From: Planctomycetota bacterium | Lineage (GTDB): Bacteria > Planctomycetota > UBA1135 > UBA2386 | Reading direction: 5' to 3' | Assembly (NCBI GenBank): GCA_049276695.1 | Contig: JBASWX010000179.1 | Span: 1 to 62,637 of the forward strand | DNA: 62,637 nt | Shown: positions 62,298 to 62,637 of the stretch, in pieces | How positions within the stretch are numbered: position 1 is the stretch's first letter | Layout of the letters: every line of letters begins with the position of its first letter | The notes under the pieces: model-generated | The model's input: only the letters and a program-made list of their open reading frames with translations | Databases searched by the model: none | What the model was told of the DNA's origin: nothing | Program-made: the position numbers and the translations under genes

Positions 62298-62637
62298 ATG
62301 ACCGAGCGCGTGCGGCCCTACCTCGTCTACGGCGCGACGACGGCGCTGTGCTCGACGTGCCTGGTCACCGTCGAGGCGAAGGAGGTGATCGAGGACGGCC
62401 GCGTGTGGTTGTTGAAGCGCTGCCCGGTGCACGGCGCGCAGCGCGTGCTGCTGGCGAGCGACGCCGACTACTGGCGCCTCGGGCGCGAGAAGTTCCTGAA
62501 GCCGCCGGAGCAGGTCGCGAAGCCGAACACCGCGTTCCGCTTCGGCTGCCCCTACGACTGCGGCATCTGCACCGAGCACGAACAGCACGGCTGCCTCGTC
62601 GTGCTCGAGATCACCGACCACTGCAACCTGCGCTGCC
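62298..62637 (+). CDS. Radical SAM protein (5' part only; cut by the window edge)
   Basis: Not in the ORF track because there is no stop. Hand translation gives MTERVRPYLVYGATTALCSTCLVTVEAKEVIEDGRVWLLKRCPVHGAQRVLLASDADYWRLGREKFLKPPEQVAKPNTAFRFGCPYDCGICTEHEQHGCLVVLEITDHCNLRC... It has an N-terminal Cys-rich region ('CPYDCGICTEHEQHGC') and then the start of the CxxxCxxC radical SAM motif ('CNLRC'). Confidence 0.7.
   Translation, partial: MTERVRPYLVYGATTALCSTCLVTVEAKEVIEDGRVWLLKRCPVHGAQRVLLASDADYWRLGREKFLKPPEQVAKPNTAFRFGCPYDCGICTEHEQHGCLVVLEITDHCNLRC

Overview
This 62.6-kb window is a high-G+C (roughly 70% by eye) bacterial chromosomal segment. It is densely coding on both strands, with about 50 protein genes and one tRNA. 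I found no rRNA, CRISPR array, transposase or integrase. All calls rest on reading the supplied translations, hand-translating selected stretches and recognising motifs. No database search was possible.

Because of the G+C content, almost every real gene is shadowed by long Arg/Pro/Gly/Ala-rich ORFs in other frames. I chose strand and frame by amino-acid composition, signal peptides and catalytic motifs.

Housekeeping content:
- sdhC-sdhA-sdhB, with overlapping stop/start codons
- groES-groEL, with a clear intrinsic terminator
- kynureninase plus kynurenine formamidase, then RidA
- PlsC-type acyltransferase, XdhC-like protein, HAD hydrolase, MFS transporter, GNAT, tRNA-Val(UAC)
- regulators: two ECF-type sigma factors, a GAF-PAS hybrid histidine kinase and a single-domain response regulator

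The rest is dominated by large secreted proteins of unclear function:
- two paralogous proteins built from about 47-aa repeats (one is cut by the left edge and missing from the ORF track)
- a 2082-aa giant protein
- a BNR/Asp-box lipoprotein
- a bacterial serpin
- several TPR or beta-sandwich proteins

Most notable observations:
1. A thioredoxin-fold gene has an in-frame UGA exactly at the first Cys of CxxC (WGTH-U-GPC), followed by a SECIS-like hairpin. It is a candidate selenoprotein that the ORF track splits into two ORFs.
2. A UPF0175/DUF3368 (PIN-like) toxin-antitoxin cassette is bracketed by a ~110-bp direct duplication of the serpin gene's 3' end.
3. An ECF sigma factor is fused in one ORF to a TM helix and about 770 aa of repeated beta-sandwich modules.
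4. A ~100-aa C-terminal module is shared by at least three unrelated secreted proteins.
5. A Zn-ribbon protein carries a ~65-aa poly-Asp/Glu tail.
6. A Schlafen-like (COG2865-type) gene sits directly after the tRNA and is followed by helically phased CCAATTC repeats.

I did not recognise a complete multi-gene novel system, and I do not claim one.
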